Shown one piece after another: positions 24,726-39,649 of a stretch of DNA of 64,000 nt (its first letter is position 1; each line of letters begins with the position of its first letter). The notes below the pieces were generated by a model. The model was not told where the DNA came from. It worked only from the letters and a program-made list of their open reading frames with translations, and made no database searches. The stretch lies in NCBI RefSeq assembly GCF_006345805.1, contig NW_021832534.1:1-64000 (forward strand), written 5' to 3'. A program made the position numbers and the translations under genes. This stretch comes from Octopus sinensis (Eukaryota).

Positions 24726-25227
24726 GATATATATGCATATGTGTACATGTATGTATATATGTGTATATATATTATATTTATATATAAAAGAATATATACG
24801 TATATGTGTGTGTTTCTATGTGTCACAAACACTATATATGTATTCTATACAATATATTTACATATATATACATATTATATGTATGTATATATAAACATAT
24901 ATATATATACATATATACATATATATATATATAAACATATATACATATATAAACTATATTAGTATTATATATATATATATATATATATACATATATTATG
25001 TTATATATATATATATATACATATATCTATATATACATATATATATATATGTGTATATATGTATGCATGCATATGTTTTCCTTGTTGGTCATAGGTTATG
25101 TACAGTGGCATATTACACAAGTCATGCTTTACATATACATATATGATGAACGAACAGTACAATGTCAAGGCAAGAGAGATACTTGGAGACCAAATTTGGA
25201 AGAACATATATAGACACACATGCATAC

Positions 25228-25258
<31 letters not shown>

Positions 25259-25907
25259 ATATATATATAATATATATTATGTATGTAGCATGTAGGTATA
25301 TATGTATGTGTATATACATATTATATATGCTCAGATGTTTATATATTCCATACATTTATTCATGCAGTAATTTTTTTATAGGAAAAGAAAATCTCCTTAC
25401 ACATATATATATATATATACAGTTATGTACATGAATCTGAACGTATTTCTGTATACATCGATACATATATACATACACTCACACTTATCTGTGTGGTAGT
25501 GTATGTCACATAATCAAGTATGAAGTCATATATATATGTATATGCATCATATATATATATATATATGTATATGCATGCATATATACATATATGTATATTC
25601 AGTTATGTAAATGTACATATGTATGTATTGGTGTGTAAATATATATAGACGTACATATATATATGTATGTATGTATACATGCACATATACACCAATATCT
25701 TTTTTAGTATATCTACATACAAACACGTCTGATTGCGTATGAACAGTACAAACATAATATATACATATATATATGCATATCTATTACATATATATATATA
25801 TATATATACATATATATATTATATATATATATATATAATATATATAGATATATAATATATAAGCATATAATATATATAATATATATTATATATATATATA
25901 TATCTAC

Positions 25908-25946
<39 letters not shown>

Positions 25947-25947
25947 C

Positions 25948-25987
<40 letters not shown>

Positions 25988-26123
25988 CATATGTGTTTGT
26001 CTATGCATGTATATATTGCGTGGCGTGCATACATTCTGTTATCTTTCAACATTTTTATGTGTGTATAATTGTTTATCAGTGTGTTTACTCCAATGTATTA
26101 TGTGTGTGTATGTGTCTTTGTAT

Positions 26124-26163
<40 letters not shown>

Positions 26164-26169
26164 TCAGTC

Positions 26170-26470
26170 TATATATATATATATATACACTCAGTGACGG
26201 CGGACACACTGAGCGTCTACCCCGTACACACAGACACACACACAGACAGCCAAAGATCTTTAATTACGTACAGTCACCGTCATATCTGTGTAGATACACA
26301 ATCCACAAATTACGCGGTTTTTCCTTTGATGGCAGCGGAGGCGGCGGCCATCTTGTTTCTCTTGTTTTCAAAGTTTTTTGATGTTTGTCTTTGTTGTGGA
26401 GATTAGTGACATTAAATTGAAAGACAGTGTTATGGTGGAACGTGGTGGAGCGTGGCGGAGGGTGATATCA
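26170..26470 (-). promoter_or_regulatory. CpG-enriched promoter-like patch with YY1-type motif
   Basis: About 14 CpGs in 300 bp against a CpG-poor background. CAAGATGGCCGCC on the minus strand, preceded by an A-rich UTR-like stretch. Confidence 0.55.
26314..26351 (-). CDS. Candidate first coding exon MAAASAAIKGKT(A), product unrecognised
   Basis: AAG ATG GCC GCC GCC TCC GCT GCC ATC AAA GGA AAA ACC GC|GTAATT: strong start context and a GT donor. If unspliced it would stop at once (GCG TAA). Confidence 0.45.
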
Positions 26471-27604
26471 TGTGGTGCAGTGTTTAATGTGGCCTATTGT
26501 GGTATGATGTAGCCTACTGATGAATGTAGTGTGTGTTGCAGTATGGTGTGGTGCAGTAATGTAATGCAATGTTGTGTTGTGCCACAGTATATGACATTGT
26601 GAAGGTGTTGTTACGTCAGTTTTGTATATATAATAATGTGAAGTGCCATAGTCATGGACTGTAAAGTAGTAGAGTTGGTGGGGGTGGGGTGATTTAGTAA
26701 AGTATATAGTGTTGTGGTCCTGGTTGTGGTATAGCAGTGTTGTAGTATAGTGGTGTGTTGCTTGTGGTATCACACTGTATCATGGTTTAATGTTGTAAAG
26801 TGAACTTTCTCAACAACAACAGCAATAACAAGTATTTTATATTTTTACATTTCACTACAGCCTCTGCAACACTACCACACTACACTGCAGCCTATACAAC
26901 ATCACCACCACCACACTTGACCATCCTGCTGTATATCAAACAACACATTACTAAACAACTTTGTGTCATACAGCATACCACACATAGTACTACAACATAC
27001 ACAGCATTGCACCACGCTGATGCTACAGCACATACCGCTGTATACACTGCTTCCCACCACAATGACACCACAACACATACTACCACACGGACAATAACGT
27101 ATACCACCACACTGACCCTTCAGCATGTCTAACTCTTCACAACATTAACCACCACAATCATACTACAACCACATTGAACACCACATTTATACTGCAACAC
27201 ATACCACTGCATATACTGTGCCGAAACACTATAGTGACACAACAACTCATACCGCTGCATAGACACTACACCTTAACACCCCACTGATACTACAACACGC
27301 ACTGCATCGTACACTACCACAGCAACACCACTACACGGTGTGCCACGACCACCACACCTACCCCAGCACAAAGTGAGAAAGGTGCCAGCTCTCCGTTTCA
27401 CTGAACCTCTTCAATAAGAAAGGTTTAAGTGGTAGTAAACGGGGTGGGGTGGGTGTGGGGGTTCAAAGAGGGAGGTGGTGGGGTGCAGAGGGGAGGGAGG
27501 GAGGAGAGGAGAAGGAACAGCAGTTAATGGTGAAAGCTCGTTGATGTAATGGCCAGCATTTGACTAGTAATTATATTGGATCATTGCTGATCTATACACA
27601 CACA

Positions 27605-27637
<33 letters not shown>

Positions 27638-27877
27638 CATACATACATACATACATACATACATGTATATATTGGTCATTGGTCATTGATGTCAGCTGAT
27701 GAGGATGGAGGGAAGAGGGAGGGGGATGGAGAAGTGGGGGAGGGGAGAAGAGGAGGCTGTACACCGTTTCTGCGCGTTAGAAGGGGATAATCGCTGTGAA
27801 GCTGTTAGAGGTGTTTTTGTGGTGCGTGCATTGTGTGCAGACATACACACACATATGTATGCACATATATTATATAT

Positions 27878-27971
<94 letters not shown>

Positions 27972-28596
27972 CACATACACAAACAGAAGAATTGTTACAT
28001 ACACACTCACACACATATAAGGTAAGACATGTAGATAGACATAGCACCAAAGAGAAACACACACATAGATATAGTCACAGACTCACATACACAGTCAGAG
28101 AGAAAGGCACACGCTTACACAGAATAAGACAGCCTTAGCATCGTCACATACAGGCTGTAACACATTGAGTAACATTAACACACACAGTAATACAATAACG
28201 CTGTCACACACAGATACAGTTACTCACACACTGTGTCATACACATTGTTACAGACACTATTGTATATCTACTGTTACATGTAGTTACACAGAGTTACACC
28301 CACTGTTACATACACACTTGCGTAAACACAGTTACATGTAGTTATACTTAAGTTACACATACACACACAGTTTACTTGTAACACACAGTAACACCAAAAT
28401 ACTGTTACACATAGAGTTACTGATGCTATTACATATACTGTTACACATGCTGTCACACACAGATACAATTACAGACATCAGTACACTCATTGTTACACAC
28501 CATTATACATACAGTTACAGTAACAAACAATTGCTGATACAGATACTTATGCAGTTACACCCACTGTTACACCGTGACAAATACTGTATCTTTTAC

Positions 28597-29001
28597 ATCA
28601 GCCATGCTGGGGCACTGCCTTAACAGGTTTTAAGTTGAAGAAATCAACCCCAGGGCTTATTTTTTAAAAGCCTACTACTTATTCTGTTGGCCTCTTTTGC
28701 CGAAACGCAAATTTACAGGGATGTAAACACACCAACATTGGTTGTGTAGGAGTGGTGGGGGACATGCACACACACACACACACCACACCATGTATATGTA
28801 TATACATATCTACATATATATAAATATACACTACAAGTTTCTTTCAGTTTCCGTCTACCAAATCCACTCACAAGGCTTTGGTCGGCCTGAGGCTATAGTA
28901 GAAGACACTTGGCCTTGGCCAAGGTGCCACGCAGTGGGACTGAACCCAGAACCATGTGGTTGGTAAGCAAGCTACTTACCACACAGCCACTCTTACGCCT
29001 A
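28597..29001 (-). mobile_element. SINE family A, full length
   Basis: Reverse complement of head (28835-29001), microsatellite and tail (28597-28760). Confidence 0.85.
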
Positions 29002-29064
29002 TATGTGTATATTATATATATATATATCATAAACATTGGTGCCTTGTTGTACCACTACTCTATA

Positions 29065-29143
<79 letters not shown>

Positions 29144-29430
29144 TATATATATATAGTCATGCATGCTGTTATACATACAATTGCATACACATAAAGTACA
29201 CATAGTGTTACACATATACTTACTCTCTGGCTGTTACACACACTGTTACATGTAGTTACACACACACAGACACATACACACACACAGAATTTAACCAACA
29301 CAATAGTGTTAATTGACATCTAAGAAGAGGGGGTGGACATACTGTGTGTATTGGTGTAGAACAATGTATGTCTGCATGTGTGTATGTACGTACGAATGCA
29401 TGTATATGTATGTATAGCTGTGTATGTATA

Positions 29431-29464
<34 letters not shown>

Positions 29465-31084
29465 TATGTATGTATAACTGTGTATACATATGTGTATGTA
29501 TTTATGTTTATAACTGTGTCTATGTGTGTATGTGTGTGTTCATATATGCATATGTATACATGTGTAAGGATGTATATTTTTGTGCTGATATATGCATGTA
29601 TGACTATGTGTATACATACATACATATGATGTGTGTGTGTGTGTGGTGTGTGTGTGTGGCATGTGCGTGTGTGACATCACTTCCTCAGCTCTGTTGTTAT
29701 TCACTATTCATATATTCCTTTATTCTCTTTGTCTTTTAATCTTTTACACCAGTTCTTCCTCTCTTTCTCTCCCCCTGCCTCTCTCTGTCTCTCTCTCTCT
29801 CTCTCTACCCCTCCCACCTTTCACACTTCACTTCATTTTCCTTCTTCTTACTCACAATGTTGTTGTTGCTGTTGTTACTGATGTTGTTGTTGTTGTTATT
29901 GTTTAGCTACAGTTCAGTCATGGTTAAATGGACCTATAATCAAAGACGTTCCCGTCATGACCATCCTGTCTTTCTGTATATCTATCTCCACTTTGCTCAA
30001 AAGAGTCCTTCCTTTTTTTAAGATAGTACTGTATTATCATTTCAGAGAATTTGGCTGCTACTTTTAGCCAGTTGGGAGACCACAAAGTGGCCCCTTCATT
30101 GACTCACGTTATTGGTGGTATTGATGGTATAGGTGCTGGTGCTGGTGTTGGACGTAGTATTGCTCTTGTTTTGTTGTTGGTATTTTTGTAATAACAATGA
30201 TTCTGTTGAGACTTGTTGTTCTTCTTGCAATTGCTGCTCTTATATTGTCACTGCTGCTGCTGCTGTTTTCAGCAATGATGATCTTGATGCTGATGATGCT
30301 GCTGGTGATGCTGTTACTTGTGTATCTGTGTTGGCAGCTGAAAGAGAACGAAAGTGAGAAAATTACACAACCACCAAGACATTTGCAGCATCATGAAACG
30401 GTGTCGGGTTTGGAGGATCTGAATACAGAAAGGGGACGTGGCTGTAACGGGAAATGTGTCAGCATCTGTGTGTGTGTGTGTGTCTTGGCATTTAATGTCG
30501 ATGAGTATGTATACATGCATATGTACACACACACACACACACATACAATGTACATGTATGTATACATATGAATATATGTATGTGTGTATATATATATGTA
30601 TATATGCATTTATATTTTTGTGTGTATATGTTTGTGTATGTATATATATAATATATATATATGCGCACACACACACACACACATATATATATGCTTGAAT
30701 ATATTTATACATATATATATAAATATGTATGAATACATATATGTATATATATAATAGAACATACACACACATTTCTGAGATTTGTGTAGTATGAGTGTGT
30801 GGGGTGTATGTGTATATATATATATAGATATATATATATATGTGTGTATGTGTGTGTTTGTATGTGTGTGTGACATTACATTATGCATGTGCATCTGTAT
30901 GCATTATTAGATTATGTAAATGTATGTTGTTAGATTGTGTGGATGGAGGTCTTGCCCTCGCTACCAATCCTTCCACCACCCCTTGCCACTGATTCTAAAC
31001 AGAAACACTTCTAATGGCAGCCAGGAGACACTACAAGGAAAACAACAGAATTTTGTCAATAAATTTCACTGAAGTCTTAAAGGT

Positions 31085-31515
31085 TGGATCGTCATCATAA
31101 ACATCATCATCATCATCACCTTCATCAACATTATTATCATCATCATCATCATCATCATCATCATCGTCTTTATCATCATCATCATCATCATCATTATCAT
31201 CATCACCTTCATCAACATTATCATCACCTTCATCAGCATCCTCATCACCATCATCATCATCGTCTTTATCATCATCATCATCATGATCATCACTAGTAAC
31301 ATCATCATCATCATCACTATCTTCATCATGATCATCACCATCATTATTACCATTACTTTTACCGTCATCAACATTACTGTCATCACCACAATCACTACTG
31401 CCAGTATCATCATTATCATCATCACTAGCAACATCATCATCATCATCATCATCATATTCACCATTATCATCACCACCACCACCACCATCATGTACATCAT
31501 CACCATCATCATTGC
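31085..31515. repeat. Degenerate (CAT)n triplet repeat
   Basis: Direct reading; source of the poly-Met, poly-His and poly-Ile ORFs. Confidence 0.95.
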
Positions 31516-32208
31516 ATTAGAGAGATAATTCATCCCAAATTACAGGGTGTTGTGGGGGGGGGACTGGAAGAGGAGCTGAAGATATTAAGCGGCAGAGGCG
31601 GGGGGGGGGTGCAAGATGTTGGAGATTTTGGTTGTCTCACATGGATAAAAGTTGTTGTTTCTTACTTACTAACAATCATCATCACCACCACCACCACCAT
31701 TATTAAACACTATCCTCAACCTAGCAATCCTCACCATCACCCACCCACGCCCATCCTCATTATAACCTTCCCCCCCCACACACACACACCCCTCTTAACT
31801 GTTGTCATAGTATATCTTGGACAGAGATGTTGCGAGTAACCATGTAATTCCTGCAGAGCAAGGAACCTGTCTCTTCCTGGTCCTTCTCTCACACTCTCTT
31901 CGAGCACAAAGTGACCCCTCTCTCTGTTGTAACCCCTCTCAGTCTAAAGAAACTTTAGTCTTGCAGGCTGCACGGTGGCCCTGCTTGTACCAGTGCCATC
32001 AAAAGAATAAATACTAATCCATACCATAAAGTGGAAGGTATTAGGAAGGGCCCCATGTCACATGCATATGGTTGTGATACATGTGCCTGCTGAACCCTTA
32101 TCAGACAGGCTGTCATGATGGGTATATTGGCCTTCATATATTTATACCCCAGTGTCACTTTGATAGCATGCGTTACTCTCTCATTCAGTAATGATAATGA
32201 TGATGATG

Positions 32209-32318
32209 GAGTATAAGGTAGACTGTATGACGCATGTGTATGAACAGCCATGCTACATGGCAGTGAAACATGGGCTGTGACTGCTGAGAACATGCGTAAG
32301 CTCGCAGGAATGAAGCCT
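32209..32318 (+). mobile_element. RTE ORF2 fragment
   Basis: GRLYDACV*TAMLHGSETWAVTAENMRKL, the same family as 48401-48754. Confidence 0.8.
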
Positions 32319-32322
32319 ATAT

Positions 32323-32379
<57 letters not shown>

Positions 32380-32384
32380 TCATC

Positions 32385-32817
32385 ATCATCGTCATCATTT
32401 AGCGTCCGCTTTCCATGCTAGCATGGGTTGGACGGTTCAACTGGGGTCTGTGAAGCTGGAAGGCTTCGTCAGGCCCAGTCAGATCTGGCAGTGTTTCTAC
32501 GGCTGGATGCCCTTCCTAACGCCAACCACTCCATGAGTGTAGTGGGTGCTTTTTACGTGCCACCCGCACAGGTGCCAGACAGAGCAGGCAAACGGCCACG
32601 AACGGATGGTGCTTTTACGTGTCACCGGCACGGGGCCAGGCGATGCTGGCAACGGACACGAACGGATGGTGCTTTTACGTGCCACCAACACGGGGGCCAG
32701 ACAGAGCTGGCAAACGGCCACGAACGGATGGTGCTTTTACGTGTCAACGGACACGAACGGATTGTGCTTTTACGTGCCACCGACACAGGGGCCAGACAGA
32801 GCTGGCAAACGGCCACA
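32385..32817 (-). mobile_element. RTE 3' UTR with amplified internal subrepeat
   Basis: CATCAT tail and UTR core, then about 4 copies of CACGAACGGATGGTGCTTTTACGTG. Confidence 0.85.
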
Positions 32818-33089
32818 TATATATATATATACATATATATATCAGTTCACTTAAAAGACCCTAGTAGTAACACCTTGAATAAAGGTGCATGGATGTGTAT
32901 ATCTTGGTTGAATTTATATTCAACTGGACCAATAGGATGCAACTGGATGCCACCTCTTGGGACAGCTATGCAATAGAAGCGTGTGTCGGACTGAGATTTA
33001 AAATAAATGCTTTGTATATATAATAGTATAATAAACAAGCTTTTGAGGATGTATAAATCTGAAGTGTTATTTTTAATGTATTGTGTGTG

Positions 33090-33685
33090 GGGGGGAGTAG
33101 AGGGAGACCCAGGAAAACATGGGATGAGGTGATGAAGCATGACCTTCGAATGTTGGGCCTCACAGGGGCAATGACAAAAGACCAAGACCTCTGGAGGTAT
33201 GCTGTGACTGAGAAGACCCGTCAAATAAAGTGAGTTCACAGCTGTAACCTAGACCAGTGTCTCAAAGGTAACTTGGATCGTAGGGCAACATGCTGTGCTT
33301 GAGGAGACCTATTGAGTCAAATAAATCAAAACCAAAATCAAATGGAAATTGAAGTTGTGATCCCCATGCCGGTGGCACATAAAAGGCACCATCCGAATGT
33401 GGCCAATGCCAGCACTGTCTTGACTGGCTTCCATGCCGGTAGCACGTAAAAAGCACCAACAGATCATGGTCATTGCCAACCCCCTCTGGCCCCTGTGCCA
33501 GTGGCGCGTAGAAAGCACCCATTACACTCTCAGAGTACTTGGCATTAGGAAGGGCATCCAGCTGTAGAAACACTGCCAGATCAGACTGGAGCCTGGTGCA
33601 GCCTCTTGGCTTCCCAGACCCCAATCGAACCGGCCAACCCATACTAGCATGGAAAATGAATGATGATGATGATGATGATGATGGT
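33090..33685 (+). mobile_element. RTE LINE 3' end (ORF2 end + UTR + (ATG)n)
   Basis: RGRPRKTWDEVMKHDLRMLGLTGAMTKDQDLWRYAVTEKTRQIK* followed by the UTR. Confidence 0.85.
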
Positions 33686-36539
33686 GATAGACACTCACCT
33701 ACCCACACACGCACACACAAATATATGCCTGTTTGTGTGTGTGTGTGTGTGTTAATATTCATTTATTGGTTAACCATAGACTAATCATCAGCCATAAATG
33801 ATCTTTCTGTAAGGAAAACAAAACTGGTCACAGGAAAATGGAAAAAGAAGCTGCCCTTTGTGTCTTGTGGAACCGGGATGAACACCACCACTATCCAAAT
33901 CCCAGCTGGCTTTATTGTTAGACTCTTCTGATTGGCCAGCTCTAAGAACAACTCCCTTGCTTCCATAAGTCATAGAAACCCCGAAATATCTCACAGACGC
34001 TACTTTTCCCACCCTGACTATGTTCATTCATTGACATCTGTTTGTCCATACTGGCATGGGTTAGATGAATGCTTATTATTGAGGTGTTGTTTTAATGCCA
34101 GATGCTCTTGTTGTTGCTAATCCTTTTCTGTATTTCAAATAAAGAAATTATTATTCTTCATGTCTTTAAAACTGCAGATTCAGTAGAGAATTTGTTAGGC
34201 AAAAATGACAATAAAATTTACCATTTTAGTCTAAAGATTTTTCACGCAAAGCACAGAATGTAGACATTCACATAGGAACTCACACACATGCGCACACACG
34301 TATATATATGATGGGTTTCACACAGTTTCCATCTACCCGATTCATAAACAAGGCATTTGTTGGCCTAGAAATACAATTAAAGACACTTGCTAAAGGTGAT
34401 GTGTTATGAGACTCAACAAAACGGTCAACAAACAACATTAAAAGACTGGTGACTCTACCTGAACGTTGACCAAAGAGTGGACACCACTAAAGATACCCAA
34501 GAACCAAATGGTGGTGTGAAACTAGATGACAATAGAGTGGACGCCATTAGCGATACTCAGAACTAACAATCTGCTACTCTGTGGAGTGTAGGCTAACACT
34601 CTGCTACCCAAGCCACACTGCAGCTCCTTAAAATTATTCCTTGATGATTGTGTGTGGAGTGGGGAGTTTGTTTAATTGGTGAATCGTTTAGAGAATTGGA
34701 ATGTGACATTTCAAGACTAACCTTTTGTCTTGGAGAGAGAGAGAAAAACAAAGACAGAAACAGAAAGAGAAAAAGAGAGTGAGTCAGAGAGAGAGAGAGA
34801 GAGAGAGAATATTGATCTCAATAAAGAAAAAATTTATTTCAACTCAGTAAATTTTAATTTCAACTGAGAAAAAAATAATTGAAAATGAAGAAAAAATTAA
34901 TTTCAGCTGAAGAAATATCAACCACTCATAGACTCTGTGCTGTGTTGTATACACTGCTCCTGCATAATACACCACCTTATATACTATGTACTACACACCA
35001 CACCACATACTACAACCTGGTCCCAGGAACATTTTGACCTCGGGCTAAACAACAACAACAAGTCAATGTAAGATCTTCTTGTTGCTAGAAATGATAACCA
35101 AGTCACCCTCCTATCTTTAGCAAAATGAATGTTATATATGATGCTATAGTCTTGGATGTATATTTGGTGGAATGGTCATGGCTGGATCAGGGTTGACTTG
35201 TGGTTAAACAACAGCAATAATAGTGTCGTTACATCACCATCACCATCACCACCCTGACTCTACCCCCACACACATCAATGTGCCATCACCACCACCACAA
35301 CCACCATCAATTCTGAAAATTCAAAAGAAAAAATCCATTATGAATCCATTTCTCTTGAAAAAAAAACAACAGAGCACCCCACCACCACCCAGCCACCCTT
35401 TTCCTTCTTTTATAAAATTACTCCCTTTTACAACTACGAATACACCCCCTCCTCTCCCCCTCACCTCCTCCTCTTCTACACCAAAAAAACAACTTCCCAG
35501 AAATCTTAAATCAATTTGATCCCTTTTTATTTTTATAGTCACTTTAAGGAGAGCTTGGGGTCAGATGTAATATTGTAGTGGTAGAAGTGGTGGGGGTGAC
35601 AGTTGTTGTTGTTGGTGGTGGTGGTGGTGGTGGCAGCAGCGGCAGCAGCGGCAGCAGTGATGTTTGTGAAAAAGAGAAAGATATTATTTGAGGGAAAATT
35701 AAAGAGGATTTGGGTGCTACTTCTAGCTGATCGAATGATCTCATAGAAGCTTCCTCATAACAACTCCAACAGTTAAAATACATTTCGAAATCTCTTGGAG
35801 AGATTTATGCAGTAGCAGCACGATAAAGTGATAGTATGTTGTCAACTTAATGTGACAGTCCCATGAAAGGGAATAATACTACTGTTATTTAGCCCCAGGA
35901 AACTAGCCTCTGGATACTGGCTTTGCTGGGTGGAGGTGCTTGTCTCCACTTTGAAAACATAAGTCCAACAGGAAATGGTGTAGACAATATACTATCACTT
36001 TAACTCCAACAGTGTTTTTATGGAACTGTGATAACACTATAACTGACAGGTAGTATACTCACACACACAAATGTGCATGTATGTATGCATATGCATATAT
36101 AAGTGAATGTTCAATGTAGTAAATATATTTGATAAAAACTAAAGTGAATGAAATCAACACATGAGCTTTCTTGATAAAGAGCCTATCACCCAAAACATTC
36201 ATATTTTTCTGTTTCTCCCCAGTCACTAGATTTCTTTAAACAACCAAACTTCTTGGTAATACCAGCATCAAGAGATCTGGCTTTATGATAGCAGTTAGCT
36301 TCAAGGGAGATGATCTTTATAGCATTGGATGCAACAGAGCTACTCGTTGCCCTTTAAACTTAATAGGGCCTTGTTGTGTGACATGAGTAGCAAGGAAATG
36401 TCCGTTTAACTTGGGTGGAATAACTACCAAAAAGTAGTTATACCCCATACAATAGCTGGTTGGTATTTCTTCTACTTTTGCTGACATAAGCACATGTATA
36501 TACATACATACATACATACACACACAGAGACACATATAT

Positions 36540-36703
36540 ATCATCATCATCATCATTTAACGTCTGTTTTCCACATTAGCATCGGTTGGACGGTTCGACC
36601 GGGGTCTGGAAGCCATGGAGGCTGCACCAGGCTCTAGTCTGATTTGGCAGTGTTTCTACAGCTGGATGCCCTTCCTAACACCAACCACTCCGTGAGTGTA
36701 GTG

Positions 36704-36706
<3 letters not shown>
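36540..36706 (-). mobile_element. RTE 3' UTR fragment
   Basis: CATCAT tail followed by CTACAGCTGGATGCCCTTCCTAACACC. Confidence 0.8.
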
Positions 36707-36767
<61 letters not shown>

Positions 36768-36851
36768 TACATATATATTTACATACATACATATATACAA
36801 ACATACACTCATACATACATACATACATACATACATACATACATACATACA

Positions 36852-36885
<34 letters not shown>

Positions 36886-39649
36886 GACAGACAGACAAAA
36901 TGCGATACATATTCACACACATTAAAACTGTATTATTGTTTTATAAAAATCATGAAATTTCAGGAAATAAACTCAAAACATCTAGTTTAATAAATGTTTA
37001 ATATGCTACAATAGATTGGCAGATTTTGCCTGTGATGTTTTCCCAGCCAAAACTGTCCCTTTTGGCCATACTCTTTGGAGTGTAACCTTTCCCCGTCAAA
37101 CTTGTGACATTTTCCCAGCCAAAATATTGATGTTTGAACTTTTTCCTTTTTCCTTGACAAAATTGGGATTCCTGCCCTGTTACCTTTTGGTATTGAAAAA
37201 TTGCCATTTTTTCAGCCTGTTACTCTTTTCAAAGTCAAAATTCTGAGCTTTTGGTCTGAAATATTCTTCCAAGCCACAATTGTGACTTTTCTAAACCAAA
37301 ACTATCAGTTTTTGGCCTATGACATCTTTTCCTAGCAAAAATATAAACTTTTTGGTCTGTGAATTTTTTGTAACAAGAATTGTGACTGTTTTGACTGGTA
37401 ACGTTTTCCCGTTTCCCCACCAAACACCCTCACACCAGATACATTACCTGATATCATTAACCTTGTTGGATGATGTGGGGTGGAGTGGAGCAGTTAATAG
37501 TCCAATGGAATAAACTAGTTTGATCACCACCACCACTACCATCACCATCACAGTCACTCCAATACCATAGCCATCCCACCATTAGTATCACCACTACCAC
37601 CACTCCACCACCATCACAGCCACAGTCACCGCCACAATCACTAACACTACATCTACCATATTACCCCTACCACCCCAACATCACAACCACCACCACCACC
37701 ATAGCCACCACCACCACGGCCACCACAACCACCACCACTGCCACAACTTCCATCAGCTCCAACACAATCCACCACCACCACCACCATCGCCACTGCCACC
37801 TCTACCATTACACCAACATTCACCAACCAACCAATACCACCAAATAATAGATCGTTACAAACAGGAAACCAGTGAAGGAGAGCAGTTAATGATGTTTCTG
37901 GTTTGTTATTGATGACTAAATTGTGGTACGGGATGGTGGAGGGATGGACTGTTAGGGGTTGTCAGTAACACTACCAGGTATTGATGAGTGCAACAATAAT
38001 AACCAGCGCGAGCCAATGAGGGACCTAATACTCAATCAATAGATCTGTTAGAAATAGTAGCTAATGCTTCCTCAAATCTCTCTTTACCAATCTTAAAAAT
38101 GAAGAACACTCTTGATGTTGTTGTGGATTTGCTGTTTGAATACAGCTGAAATTGCTAGTGTCCATTCATAAGCCTACTGGATTAGGGCCACCCTGGGACC
38201 AAACAATAACAATCAAGCAACAAGGTGTGGCTTGCTAGAAATAACAGCTAAAAATCTCCCTCAAATTTTGCCATACCTTCTTGGAAAAACTGAAGGAGTA
38301 CCATTATGTAGTGTAGTCCAAGATAGCCATATAAATAAGATGGCTTTTGATTGTGTGTTTGTTTGATGGTACATTACCTTGGGCCAAACAACTTTAACAG
38401 ATTCAAAATCAAAAGAGGTGAAGCAAGTTGTCCCTATTTTAGAAATAATTCTCACTAGGTCAGTGCTTCTATTGGTCAAGCTAGACAAAATTGACTTTGG
38501 TGGGATTCGAACTCAGAGCATAAAGACTTGAAGCAAATGCTGTGAGGTATTCTGCCTAGCATTCAAAACACTCTGCCACTGTGCCACCTTAGGTCGCCCA
38601 TCACTCACTCTCCTATTAACCATCCATATAAGGCAATGTAGCTAACCTCCATTCTTCAGGAAACACAAAGTTAAAAAAAAGGACAGTTTAAAGCTGGGGT
38701 GATCCTTGCTTTCCTCACAGATGTGAAAGGTGAAGAGTTAACAGATTGTTTAGAGCAGAGGCCATACTATATGATCGTGAGTAAGACAGGTAGAAAGACA
38801 TAGAGAAAGAGAAAATGGCAGAGGGTGAGAGGAACAGAGAAAATGGCAGAGGGTTACGTATCTACCACTGTTTAATCCAAAGGAGCAGAATTCATTAAAG
38901 AAGTGGTCGAAGACACAAAGAGAGGAGGCAGGGTTGTAGCTTTACTCAAAATTCACCCCTGACTCAGCAAAGGGATTCCTGCTGTTTTCTCCAGCCACAG
39001 TGTATCTGAGACTACATTATGTAATGTAGTCTTTCTTGGTGTTGTTTAGGCCTAGGATCCAACAGATCTGTAAGTAGAGCTGTTCCAGCTATGACCATCC
39101 CGTCTTTAATCCATAGTGCATCTAAGTCTACGGTATTCGATGTTTCCATCTCTTTAATATATTAAGCACATTTGGCTGGTTTTTCAAGCATATCAAGAGA
39201 CCTTCATGTTTGCTCCTTCAGATGAGTCAAGGCCTTTTCTCTGAAATAACATGTTTTCATGTGAAGTGTGTGTATGTGTGTATGTGGTTGCATATGTGTA
39301 TCTGTGTGTGTATATGTGTGAATGGGCGTGTGTTCACTGGAGTGACTTTGTTAGTCGTTGAATAAGGATGTGTATAAATGTGTCTATGTGTGTGTGTATG
39401 CGTTAATGAGTGCTTTCTTTGTGTGTAAATCTGTGTATGTGGGTGGACGTGCATGCATGTGTATGTATGTAAACCTGTGCCTATGTGTATATATATGTGT
39501 TTCTATGTAAGTGTGTATAAACGTGTGAGTCTGTTTTTGCATGTAAATGTGTTTCTTTGTTTTTGAGTGAATGCGTATGCATGTGTGAATATGTGTGTGT
39601 ATAGGTGCATTTATGCATGCGTCAACATGCCTGTGTGCATGTCCTCGTG

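Noticed and set aside
36223-36255. 33-nt plus-strand micro-exon SLDFFKQPNFL
   Set aside because: Too short to judge, and not phase-compatible with the next candidate.
38721-38776. 56-nt plus-strand exon candidate VKGEELTDCLEQRPYYMI with good splice sites
   Set aside because: The opposite strand shows faint CR1-like motifs (LSKAT, RKARITP), and no partner exons or homology were found. Left unresolved; RNA-seq would decide.
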